Assembly: GCA_963847445.1 (NCBI GenBank)
Contig: CAWJZV010000008.1
Coordinates: 32,001 to 96,000 of the forward strand
Source: an uncultured delta proteobacterium
GTDB lineage: Bacteria > Desulfobacterota > Binatia > UBA9968
Length of the DNA: 64,000 nucleotides
Direction: 5' to 3'
How positions within the stretch are numbered: the first letter of the stretch is position 1; each line of letters starts with the position of its first letter. The position numbers and the translations under genes were made by a program. The notes below the pieces were generated by a model, which saw only the letters and a list, made by a program, of their open reading frames with translations, did not search any database and was not told where the DNA came from. Positions 10,777 to 19,967 of this stretch are shown in pieces.

Positions 10777-11214
10777 ATGGATCCAAAAGCGCAAGTCGTG
10801 CAATTAAAAACTCAACTGGTGAGCGAGGGCCATACCCGCTTCATGCTCGCCGAAACCGATTTGATGACGCTGCGAATTCACTGCTATGCCCCTGGCATCG
10901 GCGAGAATGCCCTGCACGCGCACACCAAGGAAGATCATATCTTTGTGGTCTTGGACGGCACGGCGCAATTCAACACCGAACGCGACGGCCAAACAGTGCT
11001 GACGGCGACCAAAAATCACGCGGTGGTGTTGCCGGCGGGCAGTTACTATCAGTTCTGCAATTCCGGCCAGACGCCGCTGGTCATGGCGCGCATCGGCGCC
11101 GGTCCGGACAAGGCCGACCAGCGGCTCAATCCCGACGGTTCAGCGGTCCCAGGGCGTGCCCATGAGCAAGGTGTGGCCAAACCCAAACTGATCGAAGGGG
11201 CATTCTTCGAGTAA
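10777..11214 (+). CDS. Cupin domain protein
   Basis: LHAHTKEDHIFVVLDG and LPAG..Y.F.N cupin motifs; SD AAGGAG. Confidence 0.85.
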   Translation: MDPKAQVVQLKTQLVSEGHTRFMLAETDLMTLRIHCYAPGIGENALHAHTKEDHIFVVLDGTAQFNTERDGQTVLTATKNHAVVLPAGSYYQFCNSGQTPLVMARIGAGPDKADQRLNPDGSAVPGRAHEQGVAKPKLIEGAFFE

Positions 11215-11245
11215 ATTCCGAATCCTTTTGGTTTTGGGAGGGGGA

Positions 11246-11311
11246 CCAACCCGCGCCGGTGGGGGCTGGCGCGGGTTGGCCGGGGAGGAGCTTCCCCCTA
11301 TGGGGAAGTTC
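11246..11311. terminator. Two GC-rich hairpins between convergent genes
   Basis: CCAACCCGCGCCGG..CTGGCGCGGGTTGG and GAGCTTCCCC..GGGGAAGTTC. Confidence 0.45.
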
Positions 11312-11323
11312 GCAGAGCCTAAA

Positions 11324-11533
11324 TTAAGCGATGTCGCGCATGCGCGAAAAGGTATCTTGCAGCTTGCGCAGTTCACTGTTGAGCCAGCGTTGGTGCAAGC
11401 GGTGTTTGCTCAGGTGTGGTTGCAGCAGCGATTCGGGATACATCTTGGCACCGCATTGTTCGCATTTAACCGCACGAAATTCTTTGCGTTCGAAAGCGAT
11501 GACTTTTGAGTTTGCCGCTGCTGCCGGTTCCAT
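11324..11533 (-). CDS. 69-aa microprotein with C2H2 zinc-finger spacing
   Basis: CEQC-x12-HLSKH; strong SD GGAGGT upstream of ATG; own sigma54 promoter. Confidence 0.7.
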   Translation of the reverse strand: MEPAAAANSKVIAFERKEFRAVKCEQCGAKMYPESLLQPHLSKHRLHQRWLNSELRKLQDTFSRMRDIA

Positions 11534-11565
11534 CTCCACCTCCTGTCAAACTAAATAGAATCATA

Positions 11566-11581
11566 AGCAAGGCATATGCCA
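11566..11581 (-). promoter_or_regulatory. Sigma54 (-24/-12) promoter
   Basis: Minus strand TGGCATATGCCTTGCT, GG-N10-GC, 32 nt upstream of the ATG at 11533. Confidence 0.75.
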
Positions 11582-11659
11582 CCTGTTCAATTGTAAATAG
11601 GCGCTGCAAGACCCCAACTTCTTTGAATTTTCGCGCGATGGGAAAACTGACGGGCACTG

Positions 11660-11712
11660 TTGACAACGAGCAGTTGTCAGAGGCATGACGCGGTTGACAT
11701 AGCGTGCGTCAA
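11660..11712. promoter_or_regulatory. Two TGAC...GTCA palindromes, candidate enhancer (UAS) sites
   Basis: TGACAAC-N5-GTTGTCA (11661-11679) and TTGAC-N9-GTCAA (11694-11712), 80-130 bp upstream of the sigma54 site. Confidence 0.4.
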
Positions 11713-12126
11713 TTTGACAGATTGCGGTGCCGATGGGCAAAAGCTGCCAGCCGGATTGGCTGACGCAGCTGCCGGGGTGATTCTTACTGCTTAGTGAAAT
11801 TGTTTACGCGCCGAAGAAATTTACCGCGGTGGAGCGAAAAATATTGTCGCTTTCCTGGCGCGAAAATCCCGCGCGTGCCGTGAGCATGGAGATCATATTG
11901 GGCGATGTCCCATCGGGATAGGCTGGCCGTTTACGCGCAGCGGTTTGGCATGCGCCAATACAAAGGGCGCACGTGCCGGATAGTCGATGCGATAACGCTC
12001 ATCGGGCAGGGAAGCTCTTCGACGTTCTATGCACCGACGTCGCGCGGGAAAAAGCGTCGACGCGAATATTAAAAGATTTGCCAAAAGTGGCATCGCACGG
12101 GTTGTCGTTGACCTGGCAACGCAAGT

Positions 12127-13104
12127 TTAGCTCGGTGCGACCGCGCGGCGGCACGCAATGACGATGCGCTCTTGGTTCGGCAAAAACTGTTTTTCCAGCG
12201 TCGGTCCGGCCGGCACCGGTGCGAATGGGGCGGCGACCCGAACGATCGGATTGTCGAGGTAGTGGAAAGCCTCCTGCTGAACTCTGGCGACGATTTCGGC
12301 GCCGATGCCGCCATGTTCGACCGCTTCATGGGTGACGATCATGCGGCTGGTTTTCTTCACCGAGTTGGCGATGGTCTCGATATCGAGCGGCGAAATCGTC
12401 CGTGGGTCGATGACTTCCACCGAGATCCCTTCTGCTGCTAATTCTTTCGCTGCGGCCAGCGCCGGCGCTACCATGCTGGACAGCGCGACGATGGTGAGAT
12501 CTGTCCCTTCGCGCAGCAGCGCGGCTTTACCGATGGCGACGCTCTGTTCGTTCGCCGGCACTTCGCCCTTGCTCCAATAAAGACCGCGATGTTCGATGAA
12601 CACCACCGGATTGTCGTCGCGGATCGCCGATTTTAACAAACCTTTGGCATCGGCGGGATTGGCCGGCATAACGACTTTCAGTCCCGGCACATGGGCGAGC
12701 CAGGACTCCAGACTTTGCGAATGATGGGCGCCCATGGCGCCGCTGATGCCGCACTGGACGCGCACCGTCAGTGGAATTTTCAATTGCCCGCCCGACATGT
12801 AGTGCAGCTTGGCGGCGTGATTGACCAATTGATCCATCGCCAGGGTGATAAAATCGATGAACATGATCTCGATTACGGGGCGCAGGCCGGCGGTGGCGGT
12901 GCCGATGGCAAGCCCCATCACGGTGGCTTCGCTGATCGGCGTGTTGACGGTGCGGTTGACGCCGAAGGTTTCGGCCAAACCTTTGGTGACGCCGAAGGGA
13001 CCGCCGAGGGCGACATCTTCGCCGAAAATGTAGACCGCCGGATCGCGGCGCATCTCTTCTTCGAGTCCGGCGCGGATCGCTTCGAGATAGGTTTGTTCGG
13101 GCAT
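12127..13104 (-). CDS. 2-oxoacid/acetoin dehydrogenase E1 beta subunit (canonical)
   Basis: FGEDV, NTPISE, RPVIEIMFIDF, HHSQSLE, EVIDPRTISPLD. Confidence 0.92.
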   Translation of the reverse strand: MPEQTYLEAIRAGLEEEMRRDPAVYIFGEDVALGGPFGVTKGLAETFGVNRTVNTPISEATVMGLAIGTATAGLRPVIEIMFIDFITLAMDQLVNHAAKLHYMSGGQLKIPLTVRVQCGISGAMGAHHSQSLESWLAHVPGLKVVMPANPADAKGLLKSAIRDDNPVVFIEHRGLYWSKGEVPANEQSVAIGKAALLREGTDLTIVALSSMVAPALAAAKELAAEGISVEVIDPRTISPLDIETIANSVKKTSRMIVTHEAVEHGGIGAEIVARVQQEAFHYLDNPIVRVAAPFAPVPAGPTLEKQFLPNQERIVIACRRAVAPS

Positions 13105-13126
13105 GGTTGGTTGTGGTTCCATCGGC

Positions 13127-13150
13127 GGGCGCGGCATGCTGCGCCCCTAC
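13127..13150 (-). repeat. GTAG-type REP palindrome
   Basis: Minus strand GTAGGGGCGCAGCATGCCGCGCCC; same architecture at 31655, 31743 and 40611. Confidence 0.65.
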
Positions 13151-13159
13151 ATTAGGATC

Positions 13160-14137
13160 TTATGATGCCGTTGCGTACACTTGGCTATCGACTTCGATTT
13201 CTGCTGGCCACGGCGATGACAGAGAGAATGTCGCGGCTTTGTCGGCCAAGGCTTGGGCTTCGCTTTCCATCGCTGCCAGTTCTTTGTCGGTGAGCGCTTT
13301 CTGGCTTTTCAGTGCTCTGGCGACCCGGGCTATGGGATCTTTCTTCTGCCATTCGGCGAGCTGGGACAGCTCGCGGTACTTGGCCGGATCGCCTTCATAA
13401 TGGCCGCGCATGCGATGGGTCAGACATTCAACAAATATCGGGCCGTTGCCGGCGCGGCATTTGTCGACGGCTTTCGACATTACCGCGCGCACGGCAAACA
13501 GATCGTTGCCGTCGACGGTGTCGGCAGGAATTCCATAAGTCTTGGCATGCTGCGCCAGCCGCTCGATCTTGGTGTGCGCCGACAGCGGCGTGAACTCGGC
13601 GTAGCCGTTGTTTTCGCAGACAAAGATCACCGGCAGTTGCCAGAGGCTGGCGATGTTGAGCGACTCGTGAAACGGCCCGGATTGGCCGGCGCCGTCGCCG
13701 AAGAAGACGACCGCGAGTTGGCCTTTTTTTCTTTCTTTCGCCGCAAAGGCCGCGCCGAGGGCGAGCGGAATGGTGCCGCCGACCACGCCGGTGGCGGTGA
13801 TAAAGCCGCACTCTTTGGCGACGATATGCATGGAGCCGCCCTTGCCGCCGCAGTAACCGGTGGCGCGGCCGGCGATCTCGGCCATTAATTTATTTATGTC
13901 CGCGCCCTTGGCGATGGCGTGGCCGTGGGAGCGGTGGCCGCCATAGACCAAATCGTCATCGCGCAATAAGCTCAGCGCGCCGACGGCGACCGCTTCTTGG
14001 CCAATGCCCAAATGGAGCAAGCCGACGATCTGCCGTTCGGCGTAGAGCGCGGAGACTTTTTCTTCGAACGCCCTGATGAGCCACATGCGGCGCAGCAGCT
14101 CGATCACTTCCTTGGAGTTTGTTTGCTTAATGGCCAT
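13160..14137 (-). CDS. 2-oxoacid/acetoin dehydrogenase E1 alpha subunit (canonical)
   Basis: GQEA, HRSHGH, GKGGSMH, GDGA..CENN, THRMRGHYEGDP. Confidence 0.92.
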   Translation of the reverse strand: MAIKQTNSKEVIELLRRMWLIRAFEEKVSALYAERQIVGLLHLGIGQEAVAVGALSLLRDDDLVYGGHRSHGHAIAKGADINKLMAEIAGRATGYCGGKGGSMHIVAKECGFITATGVVGGTIPLALGAAFAAKERKKGQLAVVFFGDGAGQSGPFHESLNIASLWQLPVIFVCENNGYAEFTPLSAHTKIERLAQHAKTYGIPADTVDGNDLFAVRAVMSKAVDKCRAGNGPIFVECLTHRMRGHYEGDPAKYRELSQLAEWQKKDPIARVARALKSQKALTDKELAAMESEAQALADKAATFSLSSPWPAEIEVDSQVYATAS

Positions 14138-14204
14138 CAATCAAAGCGAGCCGCTGGCTGCTATTCGGCAGGTCATCGCAGATTTCAAGAACGCGAAATA
14201 GTGT

Positions 14205-15176
14205 TTACACCAGCGCCGCGCGCACGGCGTCCATGATGCGCGCCTCGGATGGGCCGATATGGGCTTCGAGCCCAGGGCTGTAGGGCACCGGCACATCGAG
14301 GGTCGAGACCCGGCGGATGGCGGTCTTGAGCTTGTCGAAGCCGGTCTCGGCGATGCGCGCGGCGATCTCGGCGGCGACGCCGCAGCTCTGATGGGTCTCG
14401 TCGGCGATGACGACGCGATGAGTCTTCTCAACCGATGCGAGAATGGTCGCGAGATCGAACGGTACCAAGGTGCGCGGGTCGACGACTTCAATTTCGATGC
14501 CTTCCTTGGCGAGTTTCGCGGCGGCTTGGAGCGCGACCTGGACGGTGTAGGAAGTCGCGATCAACGTCACATCACCGCCGCTGCGTTTGATGTCGGCGAC
14601 GCCGAAAGGAATCGGTTTGTCGTTCTCAGGGACGTCGCCGCGGATGTCCAAGAGCCGGGTGTGATCGACGAAGATCGTTGGGTTGTCGCTGGCAACGGCG
14701 GTTTTCAATAATCCTTTGACATCGCGCGGCGACGACGGGATGACGATTTCCAACCCGGGAACGTTCCACAGCATCGCTTGCGGGCTGCCCGAATGCTGCG
14801 CCGCGCCGCCGCCACGCAGTCCGTGAAATAGATGGAACACCACCGGCACGCGGGTCTGGCCGCCGGACATCGAATAAGCATTGGCCGCTTCGTTGGCGAC
14901 TTGAGGCCAGGCTTCATAGATGAAACTGCCGGTGCTCAAATCGACGATGGGGCGGAGTCCTGCCATCGCCGCGCCGGTGGCGAGACCGCAGAATCCCAAC
15001 TCGGAGATCGGCGGCGCAAACATTCGCGCGCTGAATTTCTTTTGCAGGTTTTGAAAGACGTGACGGTGCGGGCTCAAGCTCAGGAAAGTGCCGTTGATCA
15101 GATGGACGCGTTCATCGCCGCTCATGATCTCGTCGAGGGCTTCGAATTTAGCTTCGTAGTAAGCAAGTTCTCTCAT
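14205..15176 (-). CDS. E1 beta subunit, divergent paralog
   Basis: PPISE, GLRPIVD, AAQHSGSP, EVVDPRTLVPFD, VPVPYSP. Confidence 0.88.
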   Translation of the reverse strand: MRELAYYEAKFEALDEIMSGDERVHLINGTFLSLSPHRHVFQNLQKKFSARMFAPPISELGFCGLATGAAMAGLRPIVDLSTGSFIYEAWPQVANEAANAYSMSGGQTRVPVVFHLFHGLRGGGAAQHSGSPQAMLWNVPGLEIVIPSSPRDVKGLLKTAVASDNPTIFVDHTRLLDIRGDVPENDKPIPFGVADIKRSGGDVTLIATSYTVQVALQAAAKLAKEGIEIEVVDPRTLVPFDLATILASVEKTHRVVIADETHQSCGVAAEIAARIAETGFDKLKTAIRRVSTLDVPVPYSPGLEAHIGPSEARIMDAVRAALV

Positions 15177-15185
15177 AATTAACTC

Positions 15186-16206
15186 TTAGGCGAAGAAGCC
15201 TCGCTCCGCCTCTTCCGGTTTTGGATAGGGGCTGTTGACGGCGAAGTCGACGGCGGCGGCGATCACGGATTTAACCTGGCTCTCAATGGCGGCGATCTCG
15301 TCGCGGGTCGCTTGATTCGCTTCGACCAACTCGCGGACATAAACCAATAATGGATCGGCGCTGCGGTACCACTCGCGAGAATTCTCCGGCACCTGACTTA
15401 CGTCCCACGCCAAGCGCTGTGTCCGTCGGCGTCGGTACGGTCGGCCAGTTGGTCGCGCTGCCGGGATAGCGCACCGTCTGCGCTTCGACGAATTGCGGTC
15501 CCTCGCCGCGGCGAATTTTCTCCACCGCTGCCGAGATTGTCGCATGCACCAAGCCGGCATCGATGCCATCGATTTGTTGCGCCGGAATTTTATACGCCTT
15601 CGGCAGATCGGTGAGCGGATAGGCCGCCATGGAGCTCGATTGCGCCGCGGCCACCGCGCGGCCGGTGCCGTATTTGCCGTTGTTCTCGCAGAGAAACAGC
15701 ACCGGCAATTTCAAAAGTGACGCGATATTGAACGCTTCCGGTGCGGCGCCTTCTTCAAGCGAGCCGTCGCCGAACAGGCAAACCGTGAGGCGGCCGTTCT
15801 TCTGCGCTTTGGACGCGTAGGCGGTGCCGGTCGACAGCGGAATGATGCCGGCGACGACCCCTGAGCTATGGAGAAATCCCAGCGACGGCGCGACTGAGTG
15901 AAACGACCCGCCTTTGCCTTTATTCAAGCCGTCGACGCGGCCCAAGATCTCCGCGAAGAGCTGCTTCGGCTCGACGCCGCGGGCGAGCAGATGGCCATGA
16001 TTTCTGTGCGTGGTGAAGAGATAGTCGTCGGCGCGCAGGCAAGCGAGCGCCGGCACACCGGTGGCCTCTTGGCCGACATAGAGATGGTAGTGGCCGCCGA
16101 ACACGCCTTGGTCGTGCAGCGCCACGAGATTCTCTTCAAAGTGGCGGATGACGAACATCCGCCGGCACAGCTCCAACAGATTTTCTCTCGGTAAATTCGG
16201 TAACAT
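15186..16206 (-). CDS. E1 alpha subunit, divergent paralog (frameshift ~15420)
   Basis: GQEA, THRNHGH, GKGGSFH, GDGS..CENN; C-terminus DPL...SPYPKPE lies in the second frame. Confidence 0.88.
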
Positions 16207-16326
16207 GATGTTTCTGACTTATTTCAATCCACGGGGCTTTGTCAACGCCGGGAACGAACATTGACAAGCCATTCAAGGCGGGACTAAATGCCACTAAAGA
16301 TCGGTATTTCGACGGAGGTTTGAGTT

Positions 16327-17328
16327 ATGAATCTACCGCGCATGTGGCCGGCGCTTTTGCTGGCGAGTCTATTCACCCTTCCATCCACGCTCATCGCGCA
16401 GTCCCGCGGGCTCAAGAAAGTTCAAGTCGGTGTGCCCGCCATCAGCATGGGCAACATCGTCATTTATTTCACCAAAGAAGCGAAAATTTTCGAGAAGTAT
16501 GGCCTCGATGTCGAACCGGTGGCGGTGGCCGGTTCGGGTATCGCCTCGAAGGCGTTGATCTCCGGCAGCGTGCAAATCTCGCCGATCGCCACGCCGACCG
16601 TGATGAACTCGGTGCTCGCCGGCTCCGACATGGTGATTCTCGGCGCACACGATGCCAGGCGTCATTCAGTACTTGATGGCGCGGCTCGGACATCAAGCGC
16701 ACCGAAGACATCAAGGGCAAGACCATCGGCGTGACGACCTTCGGTTCGCTCAGCTGATTTTCTCGTCAAGTATCTGGCCAGACAGAAGGGGCTCAATCCG
16801 GACAAAGACTTCGCCATGCTGCAGATCGGTACCGACAGCGACCGGTTCATCGCCATGCAGCAGGGGCGGATTCCGATGGCGACCTTGTCGCATCCGAATT
16901 ATTTCTTTGCGCAGCGCGCCGGCTTTCACATCCTGTGGGATTTTTTCAAGGAGGTCGATTATCCGTGGAGCGAGATCGCCACCACGCGCACGCAGATCAA
17001 GCAAGACCGCGATTTGGTGATGCGCTACATGCGCGCTCATATCGAGGGCATCGCCCGCTTCAAGCAAGAACCGGAGTTGGGCAAGCGGGTGATCAAGAAA
17101 ATGCTGCGCTTGAACGACGATGCGATGGCCCAGGAATCCTGGGAGCTATTTGCCAAGCACCGCATAGCCGCACCCTATCCAAATATTAAAGGCATGAAGA
17201 CCAGCTACGAATATGTCGCGGCGACCCGGCCGGATATCTATAAGCACAAGCCCGAAGAGTTTATCGACGCCAGTTTCGTCGAAGAACTCGACAAGAGCGG
17301 CTTCATCAAGAAGCTTTACGAAAAGTAA
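16327..17328 (+). CDS. NMT1/TauA-family solute-binding protein, paralog of 3786-4790 (several indels 16645-16750)
   Basis: VGVPAISMGNI, FEKYGLD, DYPWSEIAT, HKPEEF, ELDKSGFIKKLY. Confidence 0.85.
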
Positions 17329-17337
17329 TTGGCAAAT

Positions 17338-18270
17338 ATGAAAGTCCGCATCGGGATACAGCTCGGCCAGTGGCCGAGCCGCGACATCCGGCCCGAGGCG
17401 GTGCTCGATCTGGTCGACTACTTCGAAGCACTTGACGTCGACTCCATCTGGGTGAGCGATCGGCTGGTCTCGTCGGCCTTAACCCTCGAACCGATCACGT
17501 TTCTCTCCTACATCGCCGGCCGGCTGCGCAAGATGAAGTTCGGCACCAGCACACTGGTGCTGCCGACGCGCAATCCGGTGGTGCTCGCCAAGGAGCTCGC
17601 GACGTTGGATTTTCTCTCCCAAGGAAGATTGTTTCCAGCCATCGGTCTCGGCGGCGAGGAGTCGAAAGACTTGCAGGCGGTAGGGATAAATAAAAAAGAA
17701 CGCGCCGGGCGCACCGATGAGATGATCGTGCTCATGCGCCGCTTGTGGACTGAAGAGAACGTAACCTTCGCCGGCAAATACTTTTCAGTCGAAGACGCGA
17801 CCATCATGCCGCGGCCATGGCAAAAAAACGGCCCGCCGATCTGGATCGGCGGGCGCAGCGAAGCGGCGCTGAGAAGAACCGGCCGATTGGGTGACGGCTG
17901 GCTGGTCTCGTCGGTGTCTGCCGGCGAAGTGGCAACGAGGGATCAATTCGATTCGTCGCTACGCAGCCGATGCAGGCCGACAGGTCGAAGAGGATCACTA
18001 CGGCGTGCTGATACCTTTTTACTTCGCTGACAATGCTGAGAAAGCTTTCGAGATCGGCGGCACGCTCGATCCGTCCGCGCGCCGATATGCCGACGAGCGA
18101 ATTCACCGCCTTTGGCACACCCGACCAAGTCCGCGCCAGAGTTCAAGCCTACATCGCCGCCGGCGCGACCAAGTTCATCATGCGTCCCTGCGGCCCGTTC
18201 GATGGCTGGCGCGAGCAAGTGGACCATTTTGGCGCGGGAAGTTATCGTGCCGCTGCAGACAGCGGTCTAA
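17338..18270 (+). CDS. LLM-class flavin-dependent oxidoreductase (indels near the 3' end)
   Basis: DSIWVSDR, RNPVVLAKELATLDFLSQGR, PPIWIGGRSEAALRR..RLGDGW, FGTPDQV. Confidence 0.85.
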
Positions 18271-18271
18271 G

Positions 18272-19282
18272 TCACACCTTTGCTGCGCTAGCTGCGGCCA
18301 TCGTCAGCACCGCCGCGCCTTTAATCTTACCGCCACGCAGTCGACGCAATGCTTCATTGGCTTCTTCTAACGCGAACTCCTGTACTTCCGTGCGCACCGG
18401 CACTTTCGGCTGCCAGCGCCATGAACTCTGCGCCGTCGCGGCGGGTTAGGTTGGCGACGGAAGTTACCGTGCGTTCCTCCCAGAGAATCGAGTACGGGAA
18501 AGACGGGATGTCGCTCATGTGGATGCCGCCGCAGACGACGGTGCCGCCTTTGCCGACAGCCTTAAGCGCTTGTGGCACCAATTCACCTGCGGGAGCGAAA
18601 ATAATGGCGGCGTCGAGTTGCTGTGGCGGTGTTTCGTTCGAACCGCCGGCCCATACCGCGCCTAAACTCATCGCGAAGTTCTGTGCTTCTGCATCACCGG
18701 ACCGGGTGAAGGCGTAGATCTCACGTTGCTGATAGCGCGCTACCTGGGCGACGATATGGGCGGCGGCGCCGAAGCCGTAGATGCCCAAGCCGTTTGCCGT
18801 TGCCGGCTTTGACCAGGCTGCGATAGCCGATCAGTCCGGCGCACAGCAGCGGCGCGGCTTCGGCGTCGCTGTAGCCGTCGGGAATTGGCAAGCAGAAACG
18901 CTCGATCGGCGACGGTGTACTCGGCGTAGCCGCCGTCGAGGGTGTAGCCGGTGAATTTGCCATGGTCGCAGAGATTTTCCTGGCCATTTCGGCAATACGA
19001 ACAGGTGTCGCAGGTCCAGCCCAACCAGGGCACGCCGACGCGGTCGCCGATTTTAAATTGACCGACGCCATCGCCCAGTTGCGCCACTTTGCCGACGATC
19101 TCATGGCCGGGGATGAGCGGCAGTTTGGCGTGCGTTAACTCGCCGTCGACAATGTGCAGATCGGTGCGGCAGACGGCGCAGGCGTGGACTTGGATCAACA
19201 GGTGGCCTGGGCCGGGATCGGGTGTGACGACCGAAGTTTTTAGTAGCGGTTTGCCGGGATGGGCGAGGACCATGGCTAACAT
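18272..19282 (-). CDS. Zinc-dependent alcohol dehydrogenase, AdhP-like (indels ~18900, 18785, 18400)
   Basis: [16 protein letters not shown], CxxCxxCx7C structural Zn site, [19 protein letters not shown]. Confidence 0.9.
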
Positions 19283-19390
19283 AGTTGCTTTTTAACCAAA
19301 CCGACGACGGAAACCAACTTATAATCAGAATACGCCACGCCGTGAAAGTCATGATATATTAGGCGTGATTTAAACTCTTGCCGGACTGTT

Positions 19391-19967
19391 ATGATCACGC
19401 GAATCGCCGCTTTGGCTTTACTCTGGGCAGTGGGCCTGAGCCAGGGGATTGCCGCGCAACAACCAAGGCAAGATGCGATCATCGACTGGTCGCGGGACAT
19501 CGGCTTGTTTGCGGCCAATTCACATGGCAAGTTTTGTTTGTCGATCGCTAATGGCGCGCTTAAGCCGGGCCAGGAGATCGTGCTCATCGGTGCAAGGCGA
19601 GCGGCGCGAGCCGGAGATACGCCGCGGCAAGATTGCGGCGAAGCTGGCGGCGTCTTGTGACCAAGCCAATCAGCTTGTCGGTGAATCCAGCTATCAGCTG
19701 AACGCAGGTAAGCTTGATACCGGCCGGATCTATTTCGCGCTGGCTGGCCGAGCGATCGGGTTGCGGGTGGCCGGCGCTGAAGTGAAAACTCGATTCGCCA
19801 ATCGTGATCTCGTTTTTCGCTCATGCCCGAGCACCGAGGGTTTCCATTTCAGTAGTTGGTCGGGAACCAAACTGAAGGAGCAAGCAATTTGGCGGCGCTA
19901 TTTCTATCTTGGCTATGATGTCGAGCCGACCTGCGCGGAGCGGGACTTTGAGGAGATAAAACCTTGA
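19391..19967 (+). CDS. Hypothetical exported protein (frameshift ~19600)
   Basis: Signal peptide MITRIAALALLWAVG; C-terminal CPSTEG.H...RYFYLGYDVEPTC in the second frame. Confidence 0.6.

Noticed and set aside
11735-11776. GGGCAAA...GACGCA hairpin resembling a c-di-GMP-I (GEMM) riboswitch
   Set aside because: It lacks the GNRA tetraloop and the second stem with its receptor, and no plus-strand gene lies downstream. An Rfam/Infernal search would settle it.
11893-12093. Possible small minus-strand ORF after the E1 beta gene
   Set aside because: No SD, no recognisable motif and uncertain frame; cannot be supported.
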